32,000 nucleotides of DNA from Candidatus Saccharimonadota bacterium. GTDB taxonomy: Bacteria > Patescibacteriota > Gracilibacteria > UBA4473. Positions 31,280 through 32,000 of the stretch are shown here, piece by piece. Positions within the stretch are counted from its first letter, which is position 1. The number at the start of each line of letters is the position of its first letter. Below the pieces are notes generated by a model that made no database searches, was not told the origin of the DNA, and saw only the letters and a program-made list of their open reading frames with translations. Made by a program: the position numbers and the translations under genes. The stretch covers positions 810,001 through 842,000 of the forward strand of contig JAUIFI010000001.1 in the NCBI GenBank assembly GCA_030429505.1, written 5' to 3'.

Positions 31280-32000
31280 ATGAATCTTAAAATTGGCATT
31301 GTCGGACTCCCCAATGTTGGCAAATCAACCTTGTTTAATGCGCTTACAAAATCACAAAAAGCAGCAGCTGAAAACTTTCCTTTTTGTACCATAGACCCCA
31401 ATGTCGGTATCGTCGAAGTACCAGATCAAAGAATCAATCAATTAGTTGAAATAATTCAGCCGGAAAAAACCATTCGATCAACCATAGAATTTGTCGACAT
31501 TGCCGGACTTGTTGCCGGAGCATCAAAAGGAGAAGGTCTCGGCAATAAATTTCTTTCTCATATTCGAGAATGCAACGCCATTTGTCATGTGTTACGAGAC
31601 TTCGAAGACTCAAATATCCATCACGTAGATGGACAAATCAACCCCACAAAAGATCTCGACATCATCATGACAGAACTCATTATGGCAGATCTCCAAAGCA
31701 CAGAAAATCAAATAGAACGTGTTACCAAAAAAGCCCGATCCGGAGACAAAACCGCTCAAATCGAACTCAAGCTTCTACAAGAATATCAAAGCCTCTTGTC
31801 AGAAGGGAAAATGGCACGAAATCTGAAAATTGAAGACGAAGAACAACAAAAGCTAAGAAAACAATTTCAGCTCCTCACTCAAAAACCCTACCTTATCGTC
31901 GCCAACGTCTCAGAAAAAGATTTTTCTAGTTTTAATGAAGACAATTTTAGAAAAAAAATAAACGCCAATCCAAATATTCCCATTATCCCCATCTGCGCCA
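31280..32000 (+). CDS. ychF: Ribosome-binding / redox-regulated ATPase YchF, partial (continues beyond the window end)
   Basis: The translation starts MNLKIGIVGLPNVGKSTLFNALTKSQKAAAENFPFCTIDPNVGIVEVPD, followed by ...FVDIAGLVAGASKGEGLGNKFLSHIRE.... This is the canonical YchF/OLA1 G1-G3 region. The frame is open to position 32000. Confidence 0.9.
   Translation, partial: MNLKIGIVGLPNVGKSTLFNALTKSQKAAAENFPFCTIDPNVGIVEVPDQRINQLVEIIQPEKTIRSTIEFVDIAGLVAGASKGEGLGNKFLSHIRECNAICHVLRDFEDSNIHHVDGQINPTKDLDIIMTELIMADLQSTENQIERVTKKARSGDKTAQIELKLLQEYQSLLSEGKMARNLKIEDEEQQKLRKQFQLLTQKPYLIVANVSEKDFSSFNEDNFRKKINANPNIPIIPICA

Noticed and set aside
1-32000. Alternative genetic code (UGA reassignment, as in some CPR lineages)
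   Set aside because: Conserved proteins (FtsH, Def, Gmk, TpiA, Fpg and the 2,509-aa toxin) are full length under the standard code. TGA is also used as a stop, for example at the HNH gene (6501-6503).
1-32000. CRISPR arrays, rRNA genes, transposases or integrases
   Set aside because: I found no regularly spaced direct repeats, no rRNA-like conserved stretches and no ORF with DDE, tyrosine or serine recombinase motifs. The only tandem repetition is the protein-level FG-GAP and YD repeats inside the toxin gene.

Overview
The window has housekeeping flanks around an accessory, conflict-type island that ends at a tRNA-Gln gene. The left flank (1-3 kb) carries pgi, a transaldolase and mutM. The right flank (20.5-32 kb) carries archaeal-type tpiA, a T4CP-like ATPase, an Elp3 homologue, def, ftsH, gmk, yraN and ychF. 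Gene content, the near-absence of Shine-Dalgarno motifs and roughly 40% G+C suggest a small-genome, CPR/Patescibacteria-like bacterium; this is inference and no marker gene confirms it. The island (about 5.7-20.4 kb, possibly starting nearer 3 kb) is compositionally mosaic. It holds (i) a very AT-rich minus-strand cassette of an HNH endonuclease, a 67-aa ORF and a 4-TM protein; (ii) a G+C-rich 2,509-aa secreted SpvB / FG-GAP propeller / RHS polymorphic toxin whose C-terminus carries a glycine-zipper region, a Hint autoprocessing domain and an HNH nuclease; (iii) an AT-rich AAA_13 / RloC-like ATPase; (iv) a DinJ-YafQ-type toxin-antitoxin pair with a recognisable promoter and operator; (v) a DUF4265-like protein; and (vi) a vWA protein without a signal peptide. 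The most unusual feature is a roughly 150-aa insertion in the RHS shell just before the RHS core. It contains a TM helix, a strongly basic loop and a canonical internal lipoprotein signal (MKWVSLVLIMATLTGC). No immunity gene follows the toxin, and a strong terminator lies directly after it. A 22-nt copy of the tRNA-Gln 3' end sits 243 bp from the tRNA and looks like an att-site relic. No CRISPR array, rRNA, transposase or integrase was seen. Every homology call comes from reading motifs by eye and needs HMM or BLAST confirmation.
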